64,000 nt of DNA from Patescibacteria group bacterium (GCA_024653825.1 JANLHF010000001.1:62-64061), one strand, 5' to 3'. Counted from the first letter of the stretch, positions 1 through 8,870 are shown. The notes: generated by a model not told the origin, from the sequence alone. Numbers and translations are program-made.

Positions 1-25
1 CAAAACCAGCCTCCCAAAAGTTTCT

Positions 26-253
26 TTAACCGGAAACATCGAAGGCCGTCAGACGTAAGACATCCTCGCCGTCGACTGAGCCTCTTTCCCCGATCCAGAA
101 ATCGTATTCGTGTTCACATAGCCCCCAATCAACCGAGTCCAGGTCATCCGGAAAACATTTGAAATACGTGAGAGGATAGTGGATCGCGATTCCTGGTTCG
201 ATATGCTGCACTTGTAACGTCACTGTCGTCGTTTCTTCTTCATTTTTCCCCAT
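26..253 (-). CDS. hypothetical protein (75 aa)
   Basis: ORF with a strong SD-like GGGAGGG just upstream of the ATG; no recognisable motif. Confidence 0.55.
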   Translation of the reverse strand: MGKNEEETTTVTLQVQHIEPGIAIHYPLTYFKCFPDDLDSVDWGLCEHEYDFWIGERGSVDGEDVLRLTAFDVSG

Positions 254-313
254 CTTTCCCTCCCTTTAGGAGAATCCGGAGTGAGTATAACTCCCCGTGC
301 TACTATTTTCCAT

Positions 314-1081
314 ATGCGTATTGTGTCGTGGAATGTGAACGGTCTGCGCTCGCTCACCAAGGAAAATTATTGGGGGGCGTTTTTACGAGACATGAAGCCC
401 GATATCTTCTGCCTCCAAGAGACCAAGGCAAATCCGGACCAGCTCTCTGAAGAATTCCTGTCCCCCGCCGGATACTCGGCGTTCTTTTCTTCGTGCCAAG
501 TACGTAAGGGTTACAGCGGCGTTGCGCTCTACTCTAAAATCGAGCCGCTCAAGGTGATCTACGGCATGGGAATTAAAGAGTTCGACCAAGAGGGCCGTGT
601 TATCGGCGCAGAGTTTGAAGACTTCTGGCTCATCAATGCCTACTTCCCCAACGGCGGCAAGGGTCCTGAACGCATAGACTACAAACTCCGCTTCTACGAC
701 ACCTTTCTTGCCTTCGTGGAAAAACTGCACAAAGAAAAACCGGTCATTTTCTGCGGCGACGTAAACACTGCCCACGAAGAAATCGATCTCGCCCGACCAA
801 AGGAGAATGAAGGTAACACAGGCTTCCTCCCCGAGGAGCGCGCCTGGATAGATGAGGTCATCAGCGCCGGCTACATCGACTCCTTCCGCTATTTTCATCC
901 AAACACCAAAGATGCGTACAGTTATTGGGACCAATTCACCCACGCCCGCGACCGTAACGTCGGCTGGCGCCTAGACTACTTCTTCGTCGCGGGCGAGTTT
1001 ATGAAGCGCGTAAAGAAAGCCGACATCCACCCCGACGTGTTCGGTTCCGACCACTGCCCTGTTTCCATCGAACTAAAATAA
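314..1081 (+). CDS. xth: exodeoxyribonuclease III (AP endonuclease)
   Basis: MRIVSWNVNG, CLQETK, GDVNTAH, GWRLDYF and SDHCPV motifs; start placed at ATG 314 after a TACTAT -10 box. Confidence 0.97.
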   Translation: MRIVSWNVNGLRSLTKENYWGAFLRDMKPDIFCLQETKANPDQLSEEFLSPAGYSAFFSSCQVRKGYSGVALYSKIEPLKVIYGMGIKEFDQEGRVIGAEFEDFWLINAYFPNGGKGPERIDYKLRFYDTFLAFVEKLHKEKPVIFCGDVNTAHEEIDLARPKENEGNTGFLPEERAWIDEVISAGYIDSFRYFHPNTKDAYSYWDQFTHARDRNVGWRLDYFFVAGEFMKRVKKADIHPDVFGSDHCPVSIELK

Positions 1082-1084
1082 ACA

Positions 1085-1327
1085 CTAAAGATTCTTGTAA
1101 GTATCCTCGTCTCTGAAATCTAAATCGCGCAAATATGCGACGCCATTAACTATGTCAAAAATAATTCTGAATTTGCCCACGCGCACCCGAAAGCGGTCTT
1201 CGTATCCTTTCAATTTCTTTACGTTAAGTTGCTGCCATTGTCCGGATACGATAAGTGCAACAACAGGCAAAACCTGCTCGCGACGCTTAGTGTCGAGACG
1301 CGCGAGAAATTTTTCTATCCTGTTCAT
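1085..1327 (-). CDS. RelE/ParE-family toxin
   Basis: 80 aa with KKLKG...FRVRVGKFRIIF; overlaps the upstream antitoxin gene. Confidence 0.85.
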   Translation of the reverse strand: MNRIEKFLARLDTKRREQVLPVVALIVSGQWQQLNVKKLKGYEDRFRVRVGKFRIIFDIVNGVAYLRDLDFRDEDTYKNL

Positions 1328-1559
1328 TGAGTCGCTTTAACGCCGTGAGCACCTCTTCTGCGGGAACACCGCTAGGCCGTATCTTCGTAAAATCGACAAC
1401 AGTTTCCCATTTCCCCTCATCTCCCCATTCATCCACGGGTACAAGTCTAAATATCGGACGAGAACGACGCACGACGGTGAAAGACTTCCCTGCTTCCGCA
1501 TGTTTAATATAGGTACCCATATTCTCCCGTAGCTCCTTAAGCCCAATTATTTTTTGCAT
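1287..1559 (-). CDS. Phd/YefM-family antitoxin
   Basis: IIGLKELRENM...G.SFTVVRRSRPIFRLVP, a Phd-like N-terminus; directly upstream of the toxin. Confidence 0.85.
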   Translation of the reverse strand: MQKIIGLKELRENMGTYIKHAEAGKSFTVVRRSRPIFRLVPVDEWGDEGKWETVVDFTKIRPSGVPAEEVLTALKRLNEQDRKISRASRH

Positions 1560-1581
1560 ATTTTTGTCGCGGTAGTCATAT

Positions 1582-1616
1582 ACACGAAGATTATCTTAAG
1601 ATAATCTTCGTGTCAA
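1582..1616 (-). promoter_or_regulatory. TA operon promoter with a 32-bp perfect palindromic operator
   Basis: ACACGAAGATTATCTT|AAGATAATCTTCGTGT (1582-1613) overlaps minus-strand TTGACA-N17-TAATCT. Confidence 0.8.
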
Positions 1617-1654
1617 CAGAAGGTTATCCACCCCAACATCTTCGGCTCCGCTGT

Positions 1655-1684
1655 GCCCTGCCGAAGCTGACTAGCGCAGGAGGG
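1655..1684 (+). repeat. REP-like family A copy (degenerate)
   Basis: GCCCTGCCGAAGCT-gact-AGCGCAGGAGGG resembles GCCTCGCCGAAGCT-N-AGCGAAGGCGGG copies at 4386, 6573 and 24059. Confidence 0.65.
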
Positions 1685-1720
1685 CCCACTGCCCCATTTC
1701 TATAACGCTATAAAGGACAG

Positions 1721-1729
1721 TTATCCACA
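1721..1729 (+). promoter_or_regulatory. DnaA box
   Basis: Perfect TTATCCACA between inverted AAAGGACA/TGTCCTTT arms; a near-match TTATCCACC lies at 1624. Confidence 0.6.
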
Positions 1730-1771
1730 GGGTGTCCTTTACAATGTCCTTTAGCGAGATAGTATAAATCT

Positions 1772-2040
1772 CAGAGCGGCGAGCTGGCGGGTAAAATCCT
1801 CAGGCGCCGTGGCGGAAGCTCTTTCTTGATCTTTCCATCGGCATCAGAGTGCTATCTGCGAGAGTGCCTGCCAACGTTCGCGACGATTCGCGACACAAGC
1901 CCCATGGCACGGTATCCCTGAGTGGAGAAGCGCCAGAAGATGCACATCAAAAAAAACAAAAGCTGCTCTCAACCTAGGTAGGCCTACACCATTTACGCCC
2001 CTACTCCAAACACGTAAGCCGCCACGAGAGCGGCTTTTTT
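1772..2040 (+). ncRNA. candidate structured ncRNA (6S-like rod?)
   Basis: TTTACA...TAGTAT promoter upstream; nested complementary segments AGAGCGGC/GCTGCTCT, CTGGCG/CGCCAG, CTCAGG/CCTGAG, GCCGTGG/CCATGGC; terminator at 2016-2040. Confidence 0.45.
2016..2040 (+). terminator. intrinsic terminator
   Basis: AAGCCGC-cacgaga-GCGGC followed by a T6 run. Confidence 0.7.
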
Positions 2041-2055
2041 GTTCCACGTGGAACA
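2040..2055. promoter_or_regulatory. parS site
   Basis: Perfect palindrome TGTTCCACGTGGAACA matching the parS consensus TGTTNCACGTGNAACA. Confidence 0.9.
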
Positions 2056-2065
2056 TATTTCACAA

Positions 2066-3529
2066 CTAACAAACGTGGTGTTTACTCATTATTTTCTGTA
2101 CTTCTTCGTCCTCAGCGGCTTCCCTTCTCTGCTTCCCTGCCTCACCAAGCTTCTGTAGCTCTTCGTCCGATATCTCCAGGAGTTCAGCGGTCCGTTTATC
2201 AAGATATTCCTCGGTGTTCTTGGCTGAATCATCAAGTATTTCCTCAAGGAGGGCATTCAGCGCCCAACCGATCCTCGGTCCTGGGTTCACGTGGAACATT
2301 TCCATAATGTGCTCCCCGCCAGTCTTAAGCATCCCGACTGAAATAGGGTCTCGGAGCGCCTGTTCCACCATTGCCTTGTACTTACGGAAGCGAAAGGGCT
2401 GCTCCTTCGGCCGGCCGGTCCCTATACGGTCGCAGATACGCAGATTGAGTAGGTCCCATATATTCTCTTCGCCGACATTCTTAATCATTCGACGGACGGC
2501 CGAGAGGGTAATCTGCTCAGGATCCGAGAAGAACATATGCCAGCGGACCAGCTTCACCACTTTATCGATGGTCTCCCGAGAGAAATGGAGATCTTCGAGG
2601 GCTTTCTTTGTTACACGTGAACCAACAACCTCGTGGCCGTGGAAGCTCCACTCCTTCTTCTCCTCTGACCAACAGCGAGTCTCCGGCTTAGATACATCGT
2701 GGAAGAGGGCAGCAAGGCGTATGTCAAAGGGCCAGCCCTTATCGGCTGCGTGCTGCATAGAGCGCATAAGGTGCTCAAAGACGTCGTAGCTGTGGGCCTG
2801 ATTCTGTTCCACGCCGATTCCGCGAATGAGATCGGCTGAAATAAATTCGAGAATGCCGAGGCGTTGTGCAAGAACGAGAGCATTCATCGGCTGGGCAGAA
2901 TTGAGCATTCGTGTGAGTTCATCACGAACTCTTTCACGTGAAACATGGCTTAAATGCTCACTATTTTGACTTATTGCTGCCGCAGTATCACCGTCTATAC
3001 CAAAGTTAAGCTCGGCGACGAGACGAACGGCGCGCAACATACGCAAAGCGTCTTCATTAAAGCGTAGCGAGGCGTCACCAACGGCGCGCACCAGTTTGTC
3101 CTTTATGTCCTTTTGGCCACCGTATGGGTCAATTAGGTGTCCTTTAGCATCATCCAGCGCAATGGCGTTGATGGTGAAGTCGCGTCGCGCGAGATCTTCG
3201 AGTAGGGAAGCCCCGAACGCAACGGAGTCCGGACGGCGCTTATCAGAATATTCTGATTCGATACGATAGGGGGTTACTTCAACGATGGCGAGTCTCTGAT
3301 CTTCTACGCCGGTCTTCACCCCAACGGTGCCGTAGTTGTTTTCATAAAAAGAATCGGGAAATACGGTCTGTATCTCCTCGGGCTTCGCATTGGTGGTGAT
3401 GTCCCAATCCTTTGGTTCTAGGCCGATTATGAGGTCACGAACGCACCCGCCGACGAGGTAGGCCTCAAAACCGGCTTCCCGTAGACCGTTACTGACTACT
3501 TCGACCTCCTTCGGAATGAGATACTGCAT
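2066..3529 (-). CDS. cca: CCA-adding tRNA nucleotidyltransferase with HD domain
   Basis: LVGGCVRD, DWDITT, RRDFTINA, EDALRMLRAVR and HD (LFHDVSK) motifs. Confidence 0.93.
   Translation of the reverse strand: MQYLIPKEVEVVSNGLREAGFEAYLVGGCVRDLIIGLEPKDWDITTNAKPEEIQTVFPDSFYENNYGTVGVKTGVEDQRLAIVEVTPYRIESEYSDKRRPDSVAFGASLLEDLARRDFTINAIALDDAKGHLIDPYGGQKDIKDKLVRAVGDASLRFNEDALRMLRAVRLVAELNFGIDGDTAAAISQNSEHLSHVSRERVRDELTRMLNSAQPMNALVLAQRLGILEFISADLIRGIGVEQNQAHSYDVFEHLMRSMQHAADKGWPFDIRLAALFHDVSKPETRCWSEEKKEWSFHGHEVVGSRVTKKALEDLHFSRETIDKVVKLVRWHMFFSDPEQITLSAVRRMIKNVGEENIWDLLNLRICDRIGTGRPKEQPFRFRKYKAMVEQALRDPISVGMLKTGGEHIMEMFHVNPGPRIGWALNALLEEILDDSAKNTEEYLDKRTAELLEISDEELQKLGEAGKQRREAAEDEEVQKIMSKHHVC
2283..2945. 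promoter_or_regulatory. three intragenic parS-like sites (2283-2298, 2609-2624, 2930-2945)
   Basis: GGGTTCACGTGGAACA, TGTTACACGTGAACCA and TCTTTCACGTGAAACA, each 1-2 mismatches from the parS consensus. Confidence 0.75.
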
Positions 3530-3648
3530 TTCCAAATCCTATCACAGTGCCGTACACTAAAGACACGCCCCGATATCTTTCAAAGCAGATATCGAGGCTC
3601 GTTTGGCGAATAAAGAATACTGGGAAGTCTTCTTTATTGCCTCTCTTC

Positions 3649-3720
3649 GCCCCGATGGTGAAATGGATATCATTGCTGCCTTCGAAGCAGTCGTTCCAGG
3701 TTCGAATCCTGGTCGGGGCA
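3649..3720 (+). tRNA. tRNA-Arg(TCG)
   Basis: Cloverleaf GCCCCGA...GCTGC CT TCG AA GCAGT...TTCGAAT...TCGGGGC A; no encoded CCA. Confidence 0.95.
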
Positions 3721-3762
3721 CACTGGAAATTAAAATAGGTGGCGTGTTATGATGTCGCGAGC

Positions 3763-3833
3763 GCGGGTATGGTTCAATGGTAGAACATCTGGTTGCCAAT
3801 CAGATGATGGGAGTTCGATTCTCCCTACCCGCA
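3763..3833 (+). tRNA. tRNA-Gly(GCC)
   Basis: GCGGGTA...TCTGG TT GCC AA TCAGA...TTCGATT...TACCCGC A. Confidence 0.96.
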
Positions 3834-3873
3834 CAAATCAACAATTTTGCCTGTCTTTTGGTTCTGTGTTGAA

Positions 3874-3903
3874 AGTGGATAAACCTGTGCACACTGGGGA
3901 TAA
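3874..3903 (-). promoter_or_regulatory. cluster of DnaA-box-like sequences
   Basis: AGTGGATAA (3874), TGTGCACAC (3886) and TGGGGATAA (3895) in the same orientation. Confidence 0.4.
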
Positions 3904-3967
3904 AGGACAGGGGACTTTTATGGGAGTCTGTGAAATAGTGAGCGAATGAGCCATATTCTTAAAGGCC

Positions 3968-4363
3968 GTGGATATATCCTCTAAGACCAGGAAGGAGGTT
4001 GGTGCGCTGGGAGAAAAGGTGGCCGCCGAGTACCTTCGACGACACGGATTTTCTATCCGCGACCGCAATATCGCACGGAAAACAGGAGAGTTAGACATCA
4101 TCGCAGAGCACGAAGATACTCTGCATTTTGTTGAAGTGAAAACGATTCTTGTCGATGAATTTCCTCAAGAAAAATCAGTTGCTGATGATTATGACCCCTC
4201 GCTCAATCTGCACGAAGCGAAGATACGCAAGGTCGCGCGGACGGGGGAGTGGTATGTCCTTGAGAAAAACTGGGAAGGGGAGTGGCAGGTGGACGGAGTT
4301 CTCGTCTGGCTACGCCGGCGGGACGGCATGGCGAAGGTCAGCTACCTGCCACAAATCGTCTGA
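3968..4363 (+). CDS. yraN: YraN family (UPF0102) endonuclease
   Basis: G..GE..A..YL...G, GELDIIA, LHFVEVKT (PD-D/ExK fold). Confidence 0.9.
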   Translation: MDISSKTRKEVGALGEKVAAEYLRRHGFSIRDRNIARKTGELDIIAEHEDTLHFVEVKTILVDEFPQEKSVADDYDPSLNLHEAKIRKVARTGEWYVLEKNWEGEWQVDGVLVWLRRRDGMAKVSYLPQIV

Positions 4364-4385
4364 TGATGTTAGAGTGCTCATGTAA

Positions 4386-4441
4386 CCCACCTTCGCTCGG
4401 CTGCGGGCTTCGCCCCGCCATAGCCGAGCTTCGGCGAGGCG
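4386..4441 (-). repeat. REP-like family A copy with enlarged inner hairpin, directly before tRNA-Pro
   Basis: CCCACCTTCGCT-[inner hairpin]-AGCTTCGGCGAGGCG, the reverse complement of the recJ copy's arms. Confidence 0.75.
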
Positions 4442-4445
4442 ACGG

Positions 4446-4516
4446 CGGGGCGTAGTATACCGGTAGTACACTTGCTTTGGGAGCAAGTAGACCGAGTCCG
4501 ATTCTCGGCGCCCCGA
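4446..4516 (+). tRNA. tRNA-Pro(TGG)
   Basis: CGGGGCG...CTTGC TT TGG GA GCAAG...T-loop TCCGATT...CGCCCCG A. Confidence 0.93.
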
Positions 4517-5659
4517 CTAAGGTAGTTCTAGAATCGCTTCGAGCATTGGTATCTGCAGAGCGAAGTTAGATATCGAGGCTGTGATTGGTTGGGCGAGAAG
4601 AAGGTCGAGGGCATTCCCGATCTCACTCGCGTATTCAGCGCGGATGTAGGAAGCTGTGATGGCATCGAGTGAGCGCATGCTCGTGTCCCCCTCGACGGTA
4701 CTCGTTGTGATAGTGCCTACAAGTTCGCCGGAGGCATCGGCAACTCCGCCACCGGAAGACCCCTCTTGTGCCGCCGCCGAACCACCAAGTGCAAGTACAT
4801 CAATCGTGTTGTTTGCAAAGGTGAATACGTCTTTCACTGAGCCGAAAACGATGGTGGGAAAGAGGCCGAACTGAACTTGGCTCGATGCGAGAAACTGCGC
4901 GCCGTATGAGGCGATAACGATCGGTGTGTCTGTGATCGGCGGGATGATCGCGAGCGGAATAAAAGGGAACGAAGTCGGGAGAGCGTTTCTCGAAATACTC
5001 TTTGTAACAGCGAGAAACGCGAAATCATATTCACCGGTACCGCTCGGGGCCACCTGGGTGAGCACGGTCGAGTTCGCGCTGAGCCACGCCGGCGAAATGT
5101 AAATAAGAGAGGCCTTATAACTGTCAGTGGCGGGACTCCCCGCACGTATGGTGCAGGTAACACTCCGGTCGGCGAGGAGGAAGTACTGTGCAATGTGTGC
5201 GTTCGTGAGGATAATACCCTTCGGATCGATAAATACGCCGCTACCGCTGATAGAGTGCAGACCGCTACCGACAGGAACGTAACAGATGATATTCACGAGT
5301 GCCGCACGGAGTGTTGTCGCGGCCGCATCAAGCAATGTGTTTGTGACTTGTGGAGCCGGCGCGGGAGCCGATACAGGCACCGGTACGGCGACTGGCACTG
5401 GCGTGGACGTTGCGACGGGAGCCTTCGGTATCGTCTTCTTCGGAGCGGACGATGTTTCTATCGCGGGAGCTATTACAGAAGTTGTTGCGATCGACTCGAG
5501 CGCCGCTGGTGCGGATGAAGTGGGAACTACGGTGACTGTCGAAGAGGTAGAGGAGGGGGAGGATACATGCTCGGCCTTCGGCTCGCTCGGAGAACCGGCG
5601 ACGATGATGATCAGCAGGACCAGGACTGTAATGCCGAGATACGGCAGGAATCGTTTCAT
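4517..5659 (-). CDS. membrane-anchored trypsin-like serine protease
   Basis: N-terminal TM, Ser/Thr/Pro linker, GSGVFID..G.ILTNAHI (His), YDFAFL (Asp), GSSGG (Ser); start placed at MKRFL. Confidence 0.88.
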   Translation of the reverse strand: MKRFLPYLGITVLVLLIIIVAGSPSEPKAEHVSSPSSTSSTVTVVPTSSAPAALESIATTSVIAPAIETSSAPKKTIPKAPVATSTPVPVAVPVPVSAPAPAPQVTNTLLDAAATTLRAALVNIICYVPVGSGLHSISGSGVFIDPKGIILTNAHIAQYFLLADRSVTCTIRAGSPATDSYKASLIYISPAWLSANSTVLTQVAPSGTGEYDFAFLAVTKSISRNALPTSFPFIPLAIIPPITDTPIVIASYGAQFLASSQVQFGLFPTIVFGSVKDVFTFANNTIDVLALGGSAAAQEGSSGGGVADASGELVGTITTSTVEGDTSMRSLDAITASYIRAEYASEIGNALDLLLAQPITASISNFALQIPMLEAILELP

Positions 5660-5883
5660 CTCAATCTTCATCTTCATACGGTATCGTAAAAATGGTATTC
5701 TCGCACTAAGCGGACGTGGTCTAACGGTATGACGGTTGCCTTCCAAGCAATCAGCGCGGGTCCGACTCCCGCCGTCCGCACAAAATAGTTCCAGACTGAT
5801 AGCACCGGTCCGATTCCGGTATCCCGCACAACGACAAAAAAGAGGATTGAAATAACCGCCACAGCTGATATGCTGGCGTGCAT

Positions 5884-6171
5884 ATGGAACATTCACCAGA
5901 ACGACGCAAGGTAGAAGGCGCTCCTGTTCCCAGTCCAACTGAACCTCACGTTGAAATGCATCATGTGCATGGAGAAGATTTCGAGACTGCCACGAGAGAA
6001 GAAAAGATCGAGATACAGAAAGAAATACTGGCATATGAAGAAGGAGTGCTGACGGACATGGAGCTGAATCCCACGCTGACGCTTAAAGCGAAGAGGATAC
6101 TCGCGAGAAACCAGAAGAAGATCATCTCCGAGGCAAGAGAAAACCTCGAAAGGACCGTGGCATCCACATAA
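5884..6171 (+). CDS. hypothetical protein
   Basis: Charged ORF ending at a shared bidirectional terminator. Confidence 0.55.
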   Translation: MEHSPERRKVEGAPVPSPTEPHVEMHHVHGEDFETATREEKIEIQKEILAYEEGVLTDMELNPTLTLKAKRILARNQKKIISEARENLERTVAST

Positions 6172-6188
6172 TATCGAAACAGCCAAAA

Positions 6189-6219
6189 ATCAAAAACCCG
6201 CCTAAGGCGGGTTTTTGAT
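6189..6219. terminator. bidirectional intrinsic terminator
   Basis: ATCAAAAACCCGCC-taa-GGCGGGTTTTTGAT between convergent genes. Confidence 0.85.
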
Positions 6220-6241
6220 ACTCTTCTAGTCTAGAAAACCC

Positions 6242-6514
6242 TTATTTTACTGCATCCTTCAACGCTTTCGCGGCGCGGAACTTCGCGGTGCGCGAAGCGT
6301 TGATGTGGATCGTCTCGCCCGTGCGAGGATTACGCCCCTGACGTGCCGGACGCGCCTTCGTCGCGAAGATGCCGAGACCGGCGATTGATACTTCGTCGCC
6401 ACCCTTCAGGCCGGAAACGACAGAATCAATAACACACTCGACTGCGCGCTCGGCGTCGGACTTGGTCGTGCCGAGAACACCGTGCACCTTGTCTACGATA
6501 TCTGCTTTGTTCAT
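6242..6514 (-). CDS. hup: HU DNA-binding protein
   Basis: MNKADIV...GLGIF...RPARQGRNPRTGE...KFRAAKALKDAVK. Confidence 0.97.
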   Translation of the reverse strand: MNKADIVDKVHGVLGTTKSDAERAVECVIDSVVSGLKGGDEVSIAGLGIFATKARPARQGRNPRTGETIHINASRTAKFRAAKALKDAVK

Positions 6515-6572
6515 GAGTATTTTAAATACTTATTTACTAATGGCCCGCCGACGCTCGGATTCGAGTGGGCCT

Positions 6573-6610
6573 GCCTCGTCGAAGCCGAGCTCTGGCGAGG
6601 CGAAGGCGGG
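6573..6610 (+). repeat. REP-like family A copy in the hup leader
   Basis: GCCTCGTCGAAGC-N-GCGAAGGCGGG. Confidence 0.7.
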
Positions 6611-6681
6611 TATGGGAGAAAGTATAGGAAATGCGCCATTTTACGCAATACCCTTGCCAGAGCGTGGTGGATAATGCGAAA

Positions 6682-8211
6682 TCAACGGGCGAATTCAACG
6701 ACGCGGTTTTCGCGGATGATGTTCACCTTAATCTCGCCCGGATATTTGAGTTCTTCTTGGATGCGCTTAGCGATGTTTCGCGCGAGTGTGTGCATCGCGA
6801 GGTCAGAGACCTTGCCGGGGTTCACGAAGACGCGTATTTCACGTCCTGCGGCAATAGCATAGACCTTCTCTACGCCGGGGAAGGTGTTCGCGAGGCGTTC
6901 CAGGTCGCCGAGGCGCTCCAGATAGCGGTCAACCGTGTCACGGCGTGCGCCGGGGCGGCTGCCCGAGATAGCGTCGGCCACCTGGACGATAACTGCCTCC
7001 GGCGTCTCATACGGGTGTTCGTCATGGTGCGACTGCATCGCGAGAATAATATTTTTATCAATGCTGAACTTCTCGAGAATGCGACGACCAATCTCGACAT
7101 GCGTACCCTGAACCTCATGGTCGACGGCCTTGCCGATATCGTGAAGGAGTGCGGCCGTGCGCGCGACAGCCGGATCGGCGCCGAGTTCGTGAGCGAGCAT
7201 ACCAGCGATATGAGCCATCTCGATAGAATGTACGAGCACGTTCTGCCCATAACTCGTACGGAAATGAAGGCGCCCCAGAAGGGCAGTGAGCTTCGGGTCG
7301 AGGCCGGTGACCCCTGCCTCATAAGCAGCTGCCTCTCCTTTTTGTTTGATAATCTCCGCAACCTCGGCTTTCGTCTTCTCCACCGTCTCCTCTATCTTCG
7401 CGGGCTGAATACGCCCATCAACAATGAGCTTCTCGAGCGCAATCTTCGCGACAGCGCGACGAAGAGGATCAAAGGAGGAGAGCGTAATCTTGTCCGGCAC
7501 ATCGTCGATAAGCACGTCAACGCCGGTCGCACGTTCGAACGCTTTAATATTTCGGCCTTCTTTGCCAATAATTTTACCCTTCACCTCGTCAGAGGGGAGC
7601 GAGACGGAGAGTGACATCACTTCGGCATTCACCGCATTCCCGAGACGATGGATGATATTGGTGAGAATGCCGCGTGCCTTGTCCTCCAAACGTTCGCGGC
7701 CATGTGCTTCCAATTTTTGTAGTCGTAACAGTATCGAATCTTCGTAGGTGTGTTCAATTTCAGAAAAAAGTTCCTCGCGCGCCTTGTCCTCAGAGAGGTG
7801 CGCGATCTTCGCGAGCTCCTTCGAGCGCTCGCGGGCGAGATTCTCCGCATCATTCTTCGCACGGACCGCCTCCTGTTCGCGCCCGCGCACTTCAACTTCC
7901 TTGTCGTCAAGATCGCGCTGGCGGGAATCGAGAAATTCTTCTCGCGCTGCGACACGTTCCTCCTTCAAATTTATTTTTTCTTCGCGCTCTTCGACCGGCG
8001 CGAGACGTTCTGTCTCGATGACCTCTCCGCGAAACTCCGCCTCGGCGATAATCTTCGCCGCCTGCTCTTTAGCTTGCAGGATTTTTTGCTTCGTATCAAG
8101 TTCAACCGAGCCACGCTGGGCGAGACCAATCAGCACGCGCAGCACATAGCCGAGCGCGATGCCGCCCACGCCCGAAAGCGCGAGCATAATTAATATGATT
8201 TTGAGTGACAT
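6682..8211 (-). CDS. rny: ribonuclease Y
   Basis: N-terminal TM, coiled coil, KH (KGKIIGKEGRNI), HD (LLHDIGKA), RPGARR, IRENRVVEFAR. Confidence 0.97.
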   Translation of the reverse strand: MSLKIILIMLALSGVGGIALGYVLRVLIGLAQRGSVELDTKQKILQAKEQAAKIIAEAEFRGEVIETERLAPVEEREEKINLKEERVAAREEFLDSRQRDLDDKEVEVRGREQEAVRAKNDAENLARERSKELAKIAHLSEDKAREELFSEIEHTYEDSILLRLQKLEAHGRERLEDKARGILTNIIHRLGNAVNAEVMSLSVSLPSDEVKGKIIGKEGRNIKAFERATGVDVLIDDVPDKITLSSFDPLRRAVAKIALEKLIVDGRIQPAKIEETVEKTKAEVAEIIKQKGEAAAYEAGVTGLDPKLTALLGRLHFRTSYGQNVLVHSIEMAHIAGMLAHELGADPAVARTAALLHDIGKAVDHEVQGTHVEIGRRILEKFSIDKNIILAMQSHHDEHPYETPEAVIVQVADAISGSRPGARRDTVDRYLERLGDLERLANTFPGVEKVYAIAAGREIRVFVNPGKVSDLAMHTLARNIAKRIQEELKYPGEIKVNIIRENRVVEFAR

Positions 8212-8420
8212 ACGCCCGTTTTGTTATTCCGCACCCCGACAAACGAGATGGGACAAAAGTCCTAAAAAGGGGGGTCCGTGAGGCTTCCGCAACAGTCAAT
8301 CAGTGGGGCAGAATAGACTTAGTCTAGCACGTATGCAGATATTGCAATATATCTACGCTCGTGGCATAGTTCGACCAGATCGCCCACTTTGGGTCGCTCG
8401 TTAATATAGGGAGAACGTCC

Positions 8421-8834
8421 ATGCATTCATCAATGCGCGCTTTTATGCGCAAAGCGTCACTTATCCTCTGTGTACTCTTCGCGATGTTGTTCGCCTTCGT
8501 CGAACGAAATACGGGATTGCTCTTGTTATTCGCCGTCACTGCGTCCGCGGTCTTCATCGACGCAATGGTCGTCGATTCCTACCTGCAACGGATCGCAGTA
8601 GCTAAGGAGTCGCAGACGTTTCTCGAAACGTTCTTCATAGAGGGGAGTACGTGGAAGTATCTTGGATCAAAAGCCGACCGAGTGGATCAAACGGTTCGAG
8701 AACTCAAACAACGGGCGGCTCCGTACCCTGGACTCCAAGAAAAGGTGCTCAAGACCTTGCGCGCCCATGGCATCACCAGTGCGCTTGATCTCTTGGAGAG
8801 GGCCGAGAACAGAAAAGTTATCTACCGAAGCTGA
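8421..8834 (+). CDS. hypothetical membrane protein
   Basis: SD-like GGGAG, two TM segments, own terminator at 8835-8870. Confidence 0.6.
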   Translation: MHSSMRAFMRKASLILCVLFAMLFAFVERNTGLLLLFAVTASAVFIDAMVVDSYLQRIAVAKESQTFLETFFIEGSTWKYLGSKADRVDQTVRELKQRAAPYPGLQEKVLKTLRAHGITSALDLLERAENRKVIYRS

Positions 8835-8870
8835 AAAGGCGGGGCGCGATTCACATCGCGACCCGCCTTT
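8835..8870. terminator. bidirectional terminator
   Basis: AAAGGCGGGGCGCGAT-tcac-ATCGCGACCCGCCTTT. Confidence 0.75.

Noticed and set aside
1844-2056. 70-aa ORF MFHVEQ...
   Set aside because: Its start is simply the parS palindrome, and it runs antisense through the RNA candidate and its terminator.
5674-5892. 72-aa minus-strand ORF
   Set aside because: No motif, and it covers the likely divergent promoter region; left uncalled.
6631-7614. Long antisense ORFs (also 24073-25203, 26561-27268, 54742-55488)
   Set aside because: They are shadows of rny, recJ, the SD-led hypothetical gene and polA/holA, and have no motifs of their own.
8212-8320. 6S RNA upstream of rny
   Set aside because: Only about 110 nt with weak pairing; it cannot be supported as more than a leader.
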